From: Candidatus Bathyarchaeota archaeon
GTDB taxonomy: Archaea > Thermoproteota > Bathyarchaeia > Bathyarchaeales > Bathycorpusculaceae
Length of the DNA stretch: 64,000 nucleotides
Assembly: GCA_963702095.1 (NCBI GenBank)
Contig: OY969706.1
Span: 640,001-704,000, forward strand
Direction: 5' to 3'
Shown: positions 48,245 through 59,847 of the stretch, piece after piece
How positions within the stretch are numbered: the first letter of the stretch is position 1
Layout of the letters: each line of letters begins with the position of its first letter
Translations under genes and position numbers: made by a program
Notes under the pieces: generated by a model
Databases searched by the model: none
What the model was told of the DNA's origin: nothing
What the model saw: the letters and a program-made list of their open reading frames with translations, nothing else

Positions 48245-49267
48245 TTAGGAGTATAGGGCGGAGTAGGCTGTGGCGTATGTGGAGGCTAAAACCATGTTAT
48301 CGACGTATACTGTCATCGGTAGAGTGTTGGGAGTGCCTGAACCGACATATGTGCCTGCGTCGACAAATCCGTTTGCATATTGATCAGAGGGGGCGTAGTT
48401 AGAGTAGTTAGTCACCTTCAAGTTGCCATTTATCCAAAGTTCCAATACACCATTTGAAACTGAATGTATGTGCATTATTGCGGTGAACCATTTGCCTAGG
48501 TAGTTGGTGACGTCTATTGTGTCTCGCCATATCATTCTCCATGAGCCGCCGTTTATCATGCTCCATAGGGTGAATTTGACTGTTCCGTCTGAGAGTTTGT
48601 TGGCCATTAATGCTGCGGGTACGTCGTTTCCGGTCATGCCGTGAATCTGCATTACGTTAACCCAGCCTGAGTTGCCTATTTTTGACACAAAATCAGAAGG
48701 CAAATATATTGCAGCACCGAAGTAGAAGTCCGCTATGTTTCTTGCTGGTGTCCAGCTTATTGCTTTGGCGTGGTTTATTCCTGAGGAGTATGTTACTGTG
48801 GCTTGGGCTGCGTAGTGTCCGGCGAAGACGTTGCTTGTTTCTACGTTTAGGGTGGCGCCGGGGGTTACTTGTGCTTCGCCGTTGGATGTTTTTGCTGTGC
48901 CTGTTAGGTCTTGGAAGTTGCCTTCTTCGAAGTCGGCTTTCCAGTATAGTGTTCCGCTGTCTGGTTTAGTGGTGGGTGAGGGAGTAGGTGATGGTGTTGG
49001 AGTAGGTCGTGTTGTTGGGGTGGGTGTTGAAGTTGGAGAAGGAGTAGCCCTTGGCGAAGAAGTAGGCGTCGGTAACGAAGTTGGTGTTATACTACGCCAT
49101 GCCGAATATCCGTACCAAAATTCACTTTGGTGTGCGTATTGCCCATATCTGAAAGACGGCGTCGCAGCATTGACTGTGTAGTTTGCAGCAGTACTCACCA
49201 AAGAAATGACACTGATAGCCAATAGTACTCCGACAATTGTTTTTACTACTATTCCTTTTTTGTTCAT
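48245..49267 (-). CDS. Secreted polysaccharide-lyase-like (jelly-roll) protein with PT linker
   Basis: Signal peptide, PT repeats, ADFEEG, IYLPSDF...VMQIH, GKWF...G.LELWING and YVDN motifs. Confidence 0.65.
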   Translation of the reverse strand: MNKKGIVVKTIVGVLLAISVISLVSTAANYTVNAATPSFRYGQYAHQSEFWYGYSAWRSITPTSLPTPTSSPRATPSPTSTPTPTTRPTPTPSPTPSPTTKPDSGTLYWKADFEEGNFQDLTGTAKTSNGEAQVTPGATLNVETSNVFAGHYAAQATVTYSSGINHAKAISWTPARNIADFYFGAAIYLPSDFVSKIGNSGWVNVMQIHGMTGNDVPAALMANKLSDGTVKFTLWSMINGGSWRMIWRDTIDVTNYLGKWFTAIMHIHSVSNGVLELWINGNLKVTNYSNYAPSDQYANGFVDAGTYVGSGTPNTLPMTVYVDNMVLASTYATAYSALYS

Positions 49268-50814
49268 TTTTTGCTCTCTTCCTTAGTTAGGGAGCCCTTG
49301 GCTAGATCTTTTATAGCCTTTTTTGAAAATTTTTCTTTGCTATGCTTGCGAATAGCTGTGCATTTTTGAAAATTTTTTTTCGCATTTTTGCCAATTCTAT
49401 TTGACAAGTTCTTTCAGGGGAGGTATTGGCTAAATTGGTTGTTCATCGCATGCTGAGAGACAGCAAAATGTTGTTATTACTCATAAAACATAAAATCTGT
49501 CCATCGGATTGCTTGTTTGGCTACCTAGGTTATTGAAAGAAAAAACATGCTGTGAGTCAACTAATTATTTGAAAAAAATTACGTAACTTCCTTTATGTGC
49601 CTTTAAATTCGGTCGCCCTTCTCCTTGTAAGGGAAAATACTCTGCCCGAATACAGGCCTAGACGTAGTATGCTTCCAAGGAATAGACCTAAAGGATGGTT
49701 TATGAATTTAAGTATCGAATGCGGAACACATCACTAAAAGTAAGTTCTGTACATTCATGTACAATCGATTATGTTAAAACATATTCTACTTTTTCTCCAT
49801 TCTGGCGTTGTACGCGTACAACCTTTGCCAAAACAGGTAGATAAAGTGAATAGACTTTAATAATATAAAGAAATGTTTGTAACAACAAGAGAACACAGTC
49901 TCATAGTAGAAATTGTTGCCGTCAGGCCCTATCGGCAGGGCGAAGAGGTCGCCTGTAAGTTCCTGCTTTAAGATTGTGTAATTTTTAGGTATATCATAAG
50001 ACAAAAAATGATCCAAATTAATATATTGACTATCTTCAGTCTTTTCTTGCTTACACACCTAGATAATTCTGGAAAATCGTCAATTATAATTGTTATAATT
50101 GTCAAGAAAACTGATGATATTCCAAATAACATAATTATTTCTAAAGGTAAATCGTACAGCTATTGGGTCCCTTCTTATTCCGTCATGCCAAATATTCTGT
50201 TATCTAATATCTCGCTTGCTTTTTTCTTTATAAAATTTTTTATCAAGCAAGCATTATTTTGATTCAAGGTTAGAAAATTATTCCCATATTTGACAGATAG
50301 TACAATTCTGCAAGGGAAGCACCAATCCGACTCTTATGTAATTGGTTAATCACAGCATAGTATGACAAAAAGGTAACATATACCACGTTAAATCTAAGAA
50401 GGCAAGTACTGATTGTCAGTGACTCTATGAAGAGAACACCTGAGCGTTCCCCCGAACTGAACTTATAGTTGTCTGTTCGATGATTGCATAAAGACTTAAG
50501 AGCTATCACCGTAATGAGAATAGCAAGTTTGGTGAAAAGATATAGCCGACCATTCTTATCTGCTTCCATCAGGAAGGGATTTTATCACGGTGGAGTTTCA
50601 AGATAGTATCTTTTTTGAAGTAAAATAATAACTAAGTATACTCTTCTTGGCGGCGAAATATTCAAAGAAGAGTATTTGGAGTTAGCATTCAAAATTGATT
50701 ATTCGTGCCTGAAGAGTAAAATATTTGATACATTCCTTTTATGACGCATATTAAGAAGGGAATAGTTTGAATAGCTGGTTTTGAGGGTTCAAAGCTTTTT
50801 CGGGAGGATGGAGT

Positions 50815-51873
50815 GTGCAAGGAAAAGTCTTAATTGTTTGTATTCTTTTTATACCCTTGTTTGTAAGTCTTTATCTTTATCCTACTGCTGTTGCTCAAGA
50901 AGAGAATACTTCAGCGATTTCAGTCGTTCACATGAGACTTTTAACTTGTTTTGAGTTGGCAAGTCAAGCAGAATCTGAAGGGGCTAACATTACAAGTTTG
51001 AGCTCAAGGCTTAATGCAGCAAGTGATCTTCTGTCTAGAGCTGAAGAGGCGTATGCATCTGGAGATTTTTCTAGTTCGGCAGACTTGGCCGATCAAAGTC
51101 AGGTGGTGCTTGCAAATTTCGAGAGTTCAGCTATTTCTCTCAAAAATTCAGCTATGGAGAGAAATAATAATAGTTTTTGGCTAAATACGGTAGTCCCCAT
51201 TGTTGGATCTATGACAGTTGCAATAATAAGTTTCTTGGTATGGCGGCTGGTAAAAAAACAATATGCTGTTAATACAGCTAAACGATCGAATTTTCATAAG
51301 CTTAAGCTTTCATTTGTTATAATTTCTGCCATAATTGTTCTTTTTATTGCTTCACCCCTATTGCAGCGTGCTTTTACATACCCGCAGACAGAATTTACTG
51401 AGCTGTCCCTTCTAGGTCCTCAGCATTTAATTCAGGATTATCCATATAATATAATTCGAGCAAATGATTATCAAGTATATTTGAATATTACCAATCATTT
51501 GGGGGCATGTGCTTTTTATCAAATACAGGTAAAATTCATAAATGAATCCCAGTCTTCACCAAATATCCTTTCAGGAACCCCTAGCTCTTTAACCTCTCTA
51601 TATAGCGTTGAAGCATTTGTTCCAGATAAAACAAGTTGGGAATTACCGGTAAAATTAAGTCTAAACTACTCGATTGTAGATAATAAGGTCCTCTTCAATG
51701 AACTAAGCCTGAATAGTAAATCTATAACTTTGGGAGGTCTCTCTTCAGAGCGAAATTCAATAGATAATTCTCTTTATGGAAATTTAATTTTTGAACTTTG
51801 GATTTACAACGCAACTATTGGCAATTTTCAGTATAATCAACGATTTGTTGATTTGAAACTTAACATGACTTAG
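50815..51873 (+). CDS. DUF1616-like membrane protein with a fused N-terminal helical domain
   Basis: EFTELSLLGP...DYP...VYLNITNHLG...Y.I.VK motif. Confidence 0.7.
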   Translation: MQGKVLIVCILFIPLFVSLYLYPTAVAQEENTSAISVVHMRLLTCFELASQAESEGANITSLSSRLNAASDLLSRAEEAYASGDFSSSADLADQSQVVLANFESSAISLKNSAMERNNNSFWLNTVVPIVGSMTVAIISFLVWRLVKKQYAVNTAKRSNFHKLKLSFVIISAIIVLFIASPLLQRAFTYPQTEFTELSLLGPQHLIQDYPYNIIRANDYQVYLNITNHLGACAFYQIQVKFINESQSSPNILSGTPSSLTSLYSVEAFVPDKTSWELPVKLSLNYSIVDNKVLFNELSLNSKSITLGGLSSERNSIDNSLYGNLIFELWIYNATIGNFQYNQRFVDLKLNMT

Positions 51874-52365
51874 CGGGAAGAACAAATGGCGTTAGATTTT
51901 ATATGAATCCGTACACTCGCATTCATACGCGCGGGTATGCCACAGGCATGAGTATTGACAGTAACGGATAATATAGTACACTAATGATAGTGCTGAGGTA
52001 AACGACAATCGATGATATCTTTATGTGGAAAATTTGAGGATTTCTTTTGTTTATTTTGAGGTTATGTTATACGATAATCTGACGGTAAATTCTCGTAAAA
52101 AAGCGCTACAAAGCATTGACTTTGTTCCTGATGAGCAAGCTCTGCATGAAGATACTGGCCAGATAGAAAATTAATATCGCTAACTTAATAGGTGACTAAT
52201 ATCCTAGCTATCCACCAATCGCCAAAGTTCATGTAAATTGGAAAAATCTTGAGATTTGTGTATGGCATCACTTTCAACTAATAAATAATGAGGAAACAAT
52301 ATCCGACTAAAAGTAACGATGAAAAAACAGTATGGAATATCGACTCTATTAGATGAGGGTTTCCT

Positions 52366-53421
52366 ATGACTTCTACCTATAACGTGAACTTGATAACTTT
52401 GAGATTCCCAGTTCCGGCAAGATACGGAAAAATGTACAAAAGCATTAGTAAGATTTTCCGCACAAACCTAATCACTGGAACGGCAGTTGACACAATACAT
52501 CTGAGGATGAATCTGGGAACAATCTATTCCTATGTAAATCTTACTGCAAAATGCACCCTAAATAACAAGCCTTCAGTCCTTGATGTCAATGCCTTATCAA
52601 CATCAATGCTGCATTTGAGAAAAGACTTAGTTGTAGATTTCAGAACCCCTTTTTCATATGAACTGATGTGGCTTGGCCATAGTTATCTATCTCATATTGC
52701 TTCAAATATCGAAAAGCGTCTAAGTAAAATCGGTCTGATTACAGCAGCTAACGAACATATGGCCAAATATTGTAAGGATATTGGTGCTGAAACCGTTCAA
52801 GTTATCCCTAATTATCCCTCTAAAGATTTTATCGCAACGGTGGATCCAATAAACTGGAAAAAGAGGCATCACTTAAAAATAGATGACGATATAGTACTGT
52901 TTACGGGGGGTGTCCGTTTGCGTGAAATTTATGGACTTGATATGCTTCTGAAAAGTTGGAAAATTGTTGAGAATTCTACTGAATCGGGGAAACTTGTAAT
53001 TATAGGCGACGATTCGATTGAAATTATCAAGCAAATTTCCCATAAATTAGGAATAAGAAGGTTAATATTAACTGGCAGAAGAGGACCTAAGGATGTTGCA
53101 AATTGGATAAATTCTGCTAAGTTATGTCTAGCACCTAAAACGCCTGGTTTTTCAAATGCTTTCTATAATGACAAAGACTCAACAAAAATATCGGAATATG
53201 CGGCATTAGAGAAACCTATATTGGCTACAGAGTATGCGCCATCCAGTCAATACCTTCAAGTCTATCCTGACCCTGAGAACTTTGCTGAAGGAGTACTAAA
53301 GGGACTTGATGGCAAGATACAAAACTCAAAAGCCCATTTTTGGGAAGAAAATGAATCTTTATTATTGCGTTCTCTCTCAGAATTCTGGCCTCAAAAGAGT
53401 GCTGATCTGACGGGTATGTAA
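52366..53421 (+). CDS. Glycosyltransferase (GT-B, GT4-like)
   Basis: VIPNYP, VLFTGG and KISEYAALEKPILAT motifs. Confidence 0.8.
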   Translation: MTSTYNVNLITLRFPVPARYGKMYKSISKIFRTNLITGTAVDTIHLRMNLGTIYSYVNLTAKCTLNNKPSVLDVNALSTSMLHLRKDLVVDFRTPFSYELMWLGHSYLSHIASNIEKRLSKIGLITAANEHMAKYCKDIGAETVQVIPNYPSKDFIATVDPINWKKRHHLKIDDDIVLFTGGVRLREIYGLDMLLKSWKIVENSTESGKLVIIGDDSIEIIKQISHKLGIRRLILTGRRGPKDVANWINSAKLCLAPKTPGFSNAFYNDKDSTKISEYAALEKPILATEYAPSSQYLQVYPDPENFAEGVLKGLDGKIQNSKAHFWEENESLLLRSLSEFWPQKSADLTGM

Positions 53422-53446
53422 ACTTTAATATGGAGGAAAGAGCCAA

Positions 53447-54808
53447 ATGTCAAGCTATAAAGAACTACTTAATAGAATACAAACCAAGAAAGCTAAAATT
53501 GCTGTGATCGGTCTTGGGTACATAGGACTTCCAACGGCTGCTATTTTCGCTAATCTCGGCTTTAATGTAAAAGGTATCGATAAAAACCGTAACATCATAA
53601 ATAGTATTAATCATTCTATATTGCACGTTGAAGAACCAGGCTTGAAAGATATTATTGCGAATGCCGTTCAGAACCATCTTTTCTCTGCAACTGATGACGC
53701 TTCAGATGCCTTGTTTGATGCTGAAGTAATAATAATCTGCGTTCAAACCCCATTAAACCGTGCAGGAACCGCTGATACTTCTTTCCTTGAGAATGCTTGT
53801 CGAGAGATTGCTAGCATTCCAAAAAAAGGTCGACTTCTTATTATACAGAGTACTGTTCCCCCAAACACTATCTCTAACATTGTGATTCCAACTTTGGAAA
53901 AACCAAACATGAGATGTGGTCGAGACTTTTTTGTAGCATATTGTCCTGAACGAATGGCGCCTGGAACAGGGTTACATGATTTATCAGAAAATATGCGCTT
54001 GATCGGTGGATATGACCAAGAGAGTACGACTCTTGCAAGTAGCTTATTCAAATTTGCGACTAAGGGGCCACTTCAATTAACTAGTGTTCCTGCAGCGGAA
54101 CTTTCAAAGCTAGCGGAAAACGCATACAGATATGTTAACATAGCATTTGCCAATGAATTAGCTCTAATATGCAAACAACTAAATGTTGACGTTAAGGAAG
54201 TCATTCAGCTTGCCAACACTCATCCGCGAGTAAATATACATAGTCCTGGATGCGGCGCTGGAGGACCTTGTTTGTCCAAGGATACCAATTTACTTATTAA
54301 TTCAGCAAAATCAGCAGTCTTTAAACCAAAAGTGCTCAAAGCTGCAAAGGAAGTAAACACTAATATGCCCATTTATGTTGCTCAACTAGCTCTGAACGCT
54401 CTAAAAAGTCAAGGGAAGAGCTTCAATACATCGAGAATTGCGATTTTAGGAACGGCGTATAAAGGATGTGTTAATGATTCTCGTGATAGCCCATCCGAAG
54501 GGATAATCAAAGAACTTGAGCGAAATAACGTAATGCAGGTAGTTTTCGATCCATATTGTAATGAATCTTTTGGTCAAAAAAAGGTTTCAGATTTAAAAGA
54601 AGCCGTAACAGGTGCTGACTGTATAATCATTGCAACTGACCATAAAGAATTTTTTCACTTAAATTTAGGTGAAATAAGACAGTTAATGAAATCAGACCCG
54701 ATAATATTGGACGGAAGAAGAACAATAAAAGCCGACGAAGCGGTAAGTTTAGGGTTCGATTATATAACTATATCTCAAAACTGCCGGCTAGAAAACAATA
54801 TTAAATAA
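53447..54808 (+). CDS. Nucleotide-sugar dehydrogenase (UDP-ManNAc/GlcNAc dehydrogenase family)
   Basis: VIGLGYIGLP, CPERMAPG, KLAENAYRYVNIAFANEL and GGPCL motifs. Confidence 0.93.
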   Translation: MSSYKELLNRIQTKKAKIAVIGLGYIGLPTAAIFANLGFNVKGIDKNRNIINSINHSILHVEEPGLKDIIANAVQNHLFSATDDASDALFDAEVIIICVQTPLNRAGTADTSFLENACREIASIPKKGRLLIIQSTVPPNTISNIVIPTLEKPNMRCGRDFFVAYCPERMAPGTGLHDLSENMRLIGGYDQESTTLASSLFKFATKGPLQLTSVPAAELSKLAENAYRYVNIAFANELALICKQLNVDVKEVIQLANTHPRVNIHSPGCGAGGPCLSKDTNLLINSAKSAVFKPKVLKAAKEVNTNMPIYVAQLALNALKSQGKSFNTSRIAILGTAYKGCVNDSRDSPSEGIIKELERNNVMQVVFDPYCNESFGQKKVSDLKEAVTGADCIIIATDHKEFFHLNLGEIRQLMKSDPIILDGRRTIKADEAVSLGFDYITISQNCRLENNIK

Positions 54809-54820
54809 TACTACAAACGC

Positions 54821-56041
54821 ATGCCATCTGGTAAACGAAACGGCGATTTGAAATTGGTAAAGAAAAATACAGTAGATCAGGTAGCGCTTCTTACCCTAGA
54901 AGGCGGCGGTATATCAACTGTATGTTACGGATTAGCTAAAAGACTGGAACAACAAAGAGTGCATGCGACTGTATTCACGGAAACCAAAAGAAAGCAAGAA
55001 ATCAACGTGTTATCTGACCACTTGGAGATTGATAGACTTCATAGAGTAGAATTGCCCCCACGTTTTTTTTGGTTCCAAATGCAGAATTACCGTTTCCTTC
55101 TCAACAAACTCGTGGGTTTTGATATTATTCATGGTGTATATTCAGACGCCTCAACGATGGTTACTCGATATAAGGAAACAATCAAAAAGCCGTTAGTCGT
55201 ATCTTTCCACGCAGAACCCTTTTCTAATCTCCTCGATTTTATCAAAATGCCTGTTACTTCTTGGACACCTCAAGAAATTTTTTTCCACATCTTAGAATAT
55301 CCTTTATTTAAGCATAATTATAGAACTTTCTTGCAAAAATCCGATCATATAATTATCTGTAGCAAATCAACGTTAGAAGAATTTGAAGCAGTTTACAATA
55401 GAGAGATTGATTTGTCTAAGATGACTATAATATATAATGCTATTGACTTAGATGAGCTAAATTCTATTTTTGCCAGCAACGCGCGATCCCTTGAAAAAAG
55501 AGTTTCGATAATTTATGCTGGTCGTTTATTTTGGTTAAAAGGTCTTCAGTACTTACTACGGGCTTTTAAAATAGTTGTTAGAGACTTTCCGTTCGTATTT
55601 TTGGATATCTATGGAGAAGGCCCGGAAGAAATGAAATTTAAGAAACTTGTAAGAACGTTAAAGTTAGAACATAGAGTTTTTTTTCATGGCCGCTTACAAA
55701 AGAATGAATTGTTGCAAAAAATGAAAAATTCTGACATTCTTGTAGCGCCTAGTATGCATGAAGCGCAATCTATGGTTGTGCTCGAAGGAATGGCTTGCCA
55801 AAAACCAGTTATCGCGTTCGATATTCCCTCTATGAAAGAAATAATCTCAGACGGGTATAATGGTCTTCTTGCTCGGTCATTTGATATTGAAGATTTGGCT
55901 GAGAAGATTGAATCTCTTCTCTCTAACGAAAAACTGAGGTTGGAAATAGGAGAAAAGGCCTATATCTATATAAAGAAAAAACATAATTGGCAAAATCAAG
56001 TTCAAGAATACTTGCATATATATAAATCTCTAACAAATTAA
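54821..56041 (+). CDS. GT4 glycosyltransferase
   Basis: YAGRL..LKG and PSMHEAQSMVVLEGMACQKPVI motifs. Confidence 0.9.
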   Translation: MPSGKRNGDLKLVKKNTVDQVALLTLEGGGISTVCYGLAKRLEQQRVHATVFTETKRKQEINVLSDHLEIDRLHRVELPPRFFWFQMQNYRFLLNKLVGFDIIHGVYSDASTMVTRYKETIKKPLVVSFHAEPFSNLLDFIKMPVTSWTPQEIFFHILEYPLFKHNYRTFLQKSDHIIICSKSTLEEFEAVYNREIDLSKMTIIYNAIDLDELNSIFASNARSLEKRVSIIYAGRLFWLKGLQYLLRAFKIVVRDFPFVFLDIYGEGPEEMKFKKLVRTLKLEHRVFFHGRLQKNELLQKMKNSDILVAPSMHEAQSMVVLEGMACQKPVIAFDIPSMKEIISDGYNGLLARSFDIEDLAEKIESLLSNEKLRLEIGEKAYIYIKKKHNWQNQVQEYLHIYKSLTN

Positions 56042-56069
56042 GTCCCCAAGTTACCGGTGCAATCTTGCC

Positions 56070-57227
56070 ATGAATTTCGAACTCTTGGATTCCGCAAAAA
56101 AGCTTCACAACTTTATCTATCTCAACTTTTGGGATGGTTTAAAGATTATTGGTCCTGACCCTGGCCTAAAGTTCGACTTACGCTTGTTCCGATTTGTTAA
56201 GAGTTATTTTCCTTTCTTGAGTCAGAATAGTAGATATTTTTTTCTACAAGCCCAAGGTTACTGGATAAGGGCGAACTGGGACTTATTCAAATTAACTTCC
56301 GAGTCCTTATATAAGGACATAGCAATCGCTTGCTCAAACACCGTAATAGAATACCAAAGACCTGATGGTTCCTGGGAATATCCACTTAAGGAGTGGAAGG
56401 ACTATGTTTCGACCGTGGAAGGATGTTGGGCAGCACTAGGACTGTTGAGAAGTTATAGAGAAAGTGGTGATAAAAAATATCTTGACGCAGCAATCCACTG
56501 GTATTCCTTTGTATTTGAGCAAATTGGTTTTGAACCCTATCTTGATTCGTTGGCTGTTAATTATTTTGCGTTCTCTCCAGAAAAGCGGAAAGTGCCGAAC
56601 AACGCTACACTGGCCTTGTGGCTTTTCTCAGAATTGTATGATATTACTGGGGATAAAAAGTTTAACACTTATATCGATAAGTTGGTTAGGTTCCTTGAAA
56701 TTACTCAAAAAACAGACGGTGAGTTAGTTTATGAGGTTGGGAAAGAGCATTATCTTTGTTATCAATATAATTCTTTTGAATTTGTTGACCTATTAAATGC
56801 TTATAATCTTAACAAAAATGTTACACTTAGGCAGATATTAGTGCGTTTAGCAGAGTTTATCAGTTCAGGCGTAACTAAAAAAGGATCGGTAAAGTACTCG
56901 TGCAATCAAGAGTTGCCTGAATTTATTTTGTTTTCCAGTGCCGCTGGATCTGCTTTGTTCAGTGCTTCAAAACAAGGTTTGGGAGACTACTGCAAGGAAA
57001 GTTGCTTAGTATACGGTTACATACTTAAGAATCAGAGAACTGATGGGTCCTTCTATTTTAGTCGACGAGATATGATGTACTACAAGACGCCAGTAAGTTG
57101 GGGTTTTTTAACGGATAAAACTAGATACCCTCGTCAGTTATGTTATTTATTGCAACATATTCTAACCCCGCTGGGTTACAATAGTTCTACTGTTTCCAAA
57201 GAAATCGGATTTGGTATTCATGAATAA
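56070..57227 (+). CDS. Alpha/alpha-toroid protein (glycan-modifying candidate)
   Basis: Repeated QRPDGSW, QKTDGE and QRTDGSF units; YLDAAIHWY; located in the glycan cluster. Confidence 0.6.
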   Translation: MNFELLDSAKKLHNFIYLNFWDGLKIIGPDPGLKFDLRLFRFVKSYFPFLSQNSRYFFLQAQGYWIRANWDLFKLTSESLYKDIAIACSNTVIEYQRPDGSWEYPLKEWKDYVSTVEGCWAALGLLRSYRESGDKKYLDAAIHWYSFVFEQIGFEPYLDSLAVNYFAFSPEKRKVPNNATLALWLFSELYDITGDKKFNTYIDKLVRFLEITQKTDGELVYEVGKEHYLCYQYNSFEFVDLLNAYNLNKNVTLRQILVRLAEFISSGVTKKGSVKYSCNQELPEFILFSSAAGSALFSASKQGLGDYCKESCLVYGYILKNQRTDGSFYFSRRDMMYYKTPVSWGFLTDKTRYPRQLCYLLQHILTPLGYNSSTVSKEIGFGIHE

Positions 57228-57648
57228 TCCCGTGTACTATCTATTCTTAACTGAACACTCGATGTATAAAAAGAGAATACCTATACTGCCTACGGTGATT
57301 CAGGGAATAATCAGATGTTTTTTTTATGCCGTTATTCCGCCACAGATAGAAATTGGAAAAAATGTGCATTTCGGGTATAATGGTCTAGGTATTATTTTGC
57401 ATCCGCGAAGCAGAATTGGGGAGAATGTTAGCATTGGCCCTCATGTTACCGTAGGCGGTAGGGGGCAATATGGTGTTCCGGTTATAGGAAACAATGTTGA
57501 AATAGGCTCTGGCGCAAGGATACTAGGTCCAATTCGTATTGGAAACAATGTCAAAATTGGTGCAAATGCGGTTGTTCTAGTAGATATCCCCGATAACTCA
57601 ACAGCGGTCGGCATTCCAGCAAGGGTTATTAAAAAAACATGTGGCTAA
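57220..57648 (+). CDS. Hexapeptide-repeat O-acetyltransferase (serine acetyltransferase/WcaB-like)
   Basis: PVIGNNVEIGSGARILGPIRIGNNVKIGANAVV..DIP...AVGIPAR. Confidence 0.88.
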   Translation: MNNPVYYLFLTEHSMYKKRIPILPTVIQGIIRCFFYAVIPPQIEIGKNVHFGYNGLGIILHPRSRIGENVSIGPHVTVGGRGQYGVPVIGNNVEIGSGARILGPIRIGNNVKIGANAVVLVDIPDNSTAVGIPARVIKKTCG

Positions 57649-57654
57649 ACAGGT

Positions 57655-59778
57655 TTGGGTATCTCATTGAAGATTTTTAATTTTAACGTTCATGTACCCT
57701 TGTTCATTATCGCTACGTGGATTATAGTTCTATCAGACATTCCTCTTTTACGACAATTATTTGGTTTTATTTTTCTCTACTACCTTACGGGTATGCTGTC
57801 AATAAAAGCATTAGGCATTAGAAAAAATTTTTTGATTTCAACGATATTGTCAATTGCGATAAGTATTGTAATTTCAATGATAATTGGTTTATTGTTAAAT
57901 TGGTCCCTCCCTCTGATGGGTGATTCGACACCGCTTGAAACATCAAATATAATGGTTGCTTTGACTTTTCTTGATTTAGTATTATATGCAAAAATTTTTC
58001 TTTCGAGGCAAGATTTCTCCTCTTTTGATTTAAAAGAAAATCTTGGCAAATCCTTTGTGCTATTAGCCCTTATACCTATTGTGGGCATTATTGGAGCAAT
58101 ATTGGTTGCTTATGGTAATAATGTATTATCGTTGTTTAATTTTGTCATCATTGCTATTGCTGTAATTTTGGCTTCGGCAAGAAAGATTTCTCTACGAGCT
58201 TTTCCTCTTCTAATTTTCGTAATTTCTTTTTCGTTACTACTTCAAACCACATTAACAAACAACTACCTTAACGGTTGGGATATACAAGTTGAATACTATG
58301 TTGCCCAGATTACACAGAGTAAGCAATTCTGGGATTTTTCTTTAATGTCTTCACTTACCACTAGCGTGAACAATTACAATACAATGCTGAGCATAACTAT
58401 TCTACCTACAATCAGTTCAAATATATTGAATATCGATATTCCGTTAGTTTACAAAATTATCTATCCTTTAGTTTTTTCTTTGGTTCCTGTTACGTTGTAT
58501 CTTTTATTTGAAAAACATGTTGGATCTCGCTTTGCATTTATCTCATCGTTCCTTCTACTCTCAATAACAGCTTTTTATCAAATGGCATTTCTAGCAAGAC
58601 AAATGATTGCTGAATTCTTCTTTGTTTTAATTTTCTATTTGCTGATAGAATATGAGTACAAAAAATTATCAAAACCTTTGGCTGTTCTGTTGATTTTATT
58701 CGCTTTTGGACTAGTGGTATCCCATTATTCAACGGCCTTTATGTGCATTTATTATCTTTTATTTTTAACAATAGCTTTTTACAAAAGAATAAATCGATCT
58801 CTGATGCTGTCTTTTTTCTTTCTTTTTATTGATGTAACTTTAATTTGGTATATGACGGTCTCAAATGCCACTCCGCTAGATTCCTTAGGTATGATTGCGA
58901 ACATGAGCTTTCAGGAGCTGTTTACAGGTGCCTCTGGATCATCTCAACTGCTAGCTATGACTAGTAACGAATATTTGGTTAACATATTCAGTAAAGTAGT
59001 TTTTATTTTAATAAATGCAATTATCGCCTTAGGAATTATTCGATTAATTACAAACAGGAAAAAATTTCCTCCCAGCTACTTTGCTATTTGTTTAGGTGGT
59101 GCCATCTTATTATTGGCAGCAGCCTTAGTCCCCAACTTAATTCTTGGACTTGAATTTGCTAGAACTTATCAGTTCGGTCTTATTTTCTCTGCTACTTTGA
59201 TTGTCTTCGGTTCTGATTTAGTCTTAGTAAGCATAGAAAAAATAAGAAAAGTACATATTTCTACTAAGAAATTGATCAATAGAATTGCGCCACCATTACT
59301 ATCGTTTATGATAGTAATTTTCTTCTTATTTCAATACGGTGTAATCACTAATATAGCTGAGGGCGTTCCATCCAATCTTTCGCTTTCTACTGACAAACAA
59401 CAATTTGTCGATACACTTAACCTCTCGCCTCTTAATGCATATATCTATCCACAGGATGTTTACGGTGCAAGATGGCTATCAAATAATTTGGCGAAGGGTT
59501 CAGATACGCCAGTATATTGCGATTCAACATCTGCTTCTCAAGTTCTGCTAAGTTACGGCCTAATAAACCCCTTGCTCATCGCAGTCCCCTCAAACACAAC
59601 ACTCTTACTAAACCAATCAACAGTCTTTTTACGGCAAGTTAACTTAGAATATCATCTATTCCAAGATTTTAAATTCGTGAATAATGTGACAGAATATGGG
59701 AATTTATTGAAAAATACCGATAACATTTATTCTAATGGTGGCTCTCAAATATTATTTTCACCGACCTACCACAAATAG
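57655..59778 (+). CDS. DUF2206-like polytopic membrane protein (GT-C-like)
   Basis: GWDIQVEYY, LSITILP, ARQMIAE, VVSHYST and IYSNG motifs; many TM helices. Confidence 0.8.
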   Translation: MGISLKIFNFNVHVPLFIIATWIIVLSDIPLLRQLFGFIFLYYLTGMLSIKALGIRKNFLISTILSIAISIVISMIIGLLLNWSLPLMGDSTPLETSNIMVALTFLDLVLYAKIFLSRQDFSSFDLKENLGKSFVLLALIPIVGIIGAILVAYGNNVLSLFNFVIIAIAVILASARKISLRAFPLLIFVISFSLLLQTTLTNNYLNGWDIQVEYYVAQITQSKQFWDFSLMSSLTTSVNNYNTMLSITILPTISSNILNIDIPLVYKIIYPLVFSLVPVTLYLLFEKHVGSRFAFISSFLLLSITAFYQMAFLARQMIAEFFFVLIFYLLIEYEYKKLSKPLAVLLILFAFGLVVSHYSTAFMCIYYLLFLTIAFYKRINRSLMLSFFFLFIDVTLIWYMTVSNATPLDSLGMIANMSFQELFTGASGSSQLLAMTSNEYLVNIFSKVVFILINAIIALGIIRLITNRKKFPPSYFAICLGGAILLLAAALVPNLILGLEFARTYQFGLIFSATLIVFGSDLVLVSIEKIRKVHISTKKLINRIAPPLLSFMIVIFFLFQYGVITNIAEGVPSNLSLSTDKQQFVDTLNLSPLNAYIYPQDVYGARWLSNNLAKGSDTPVYCDSTSASQVLLSYGLINPLLIAVPSNTTLLLNQSTVFLRQVNLEYHLFQDFKFVNNVTEYGNLLKNTDNIYSNGGSQILFSPTYHK

Positions 59779-59847
59779 GGAAAGACAATTCCCTGTCTAA
59801 AGTATTTTAGGCACACCTCTAAATAATATTAAAAAGGAAAAAATAAT

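Noticed and set aside
49786-50569. Short ORFs in the AT-rich gap before the DUF1616-like gene
   Set aside because: No recognisable motifs; possibly decayed gene fragments, but I cannot support a call.
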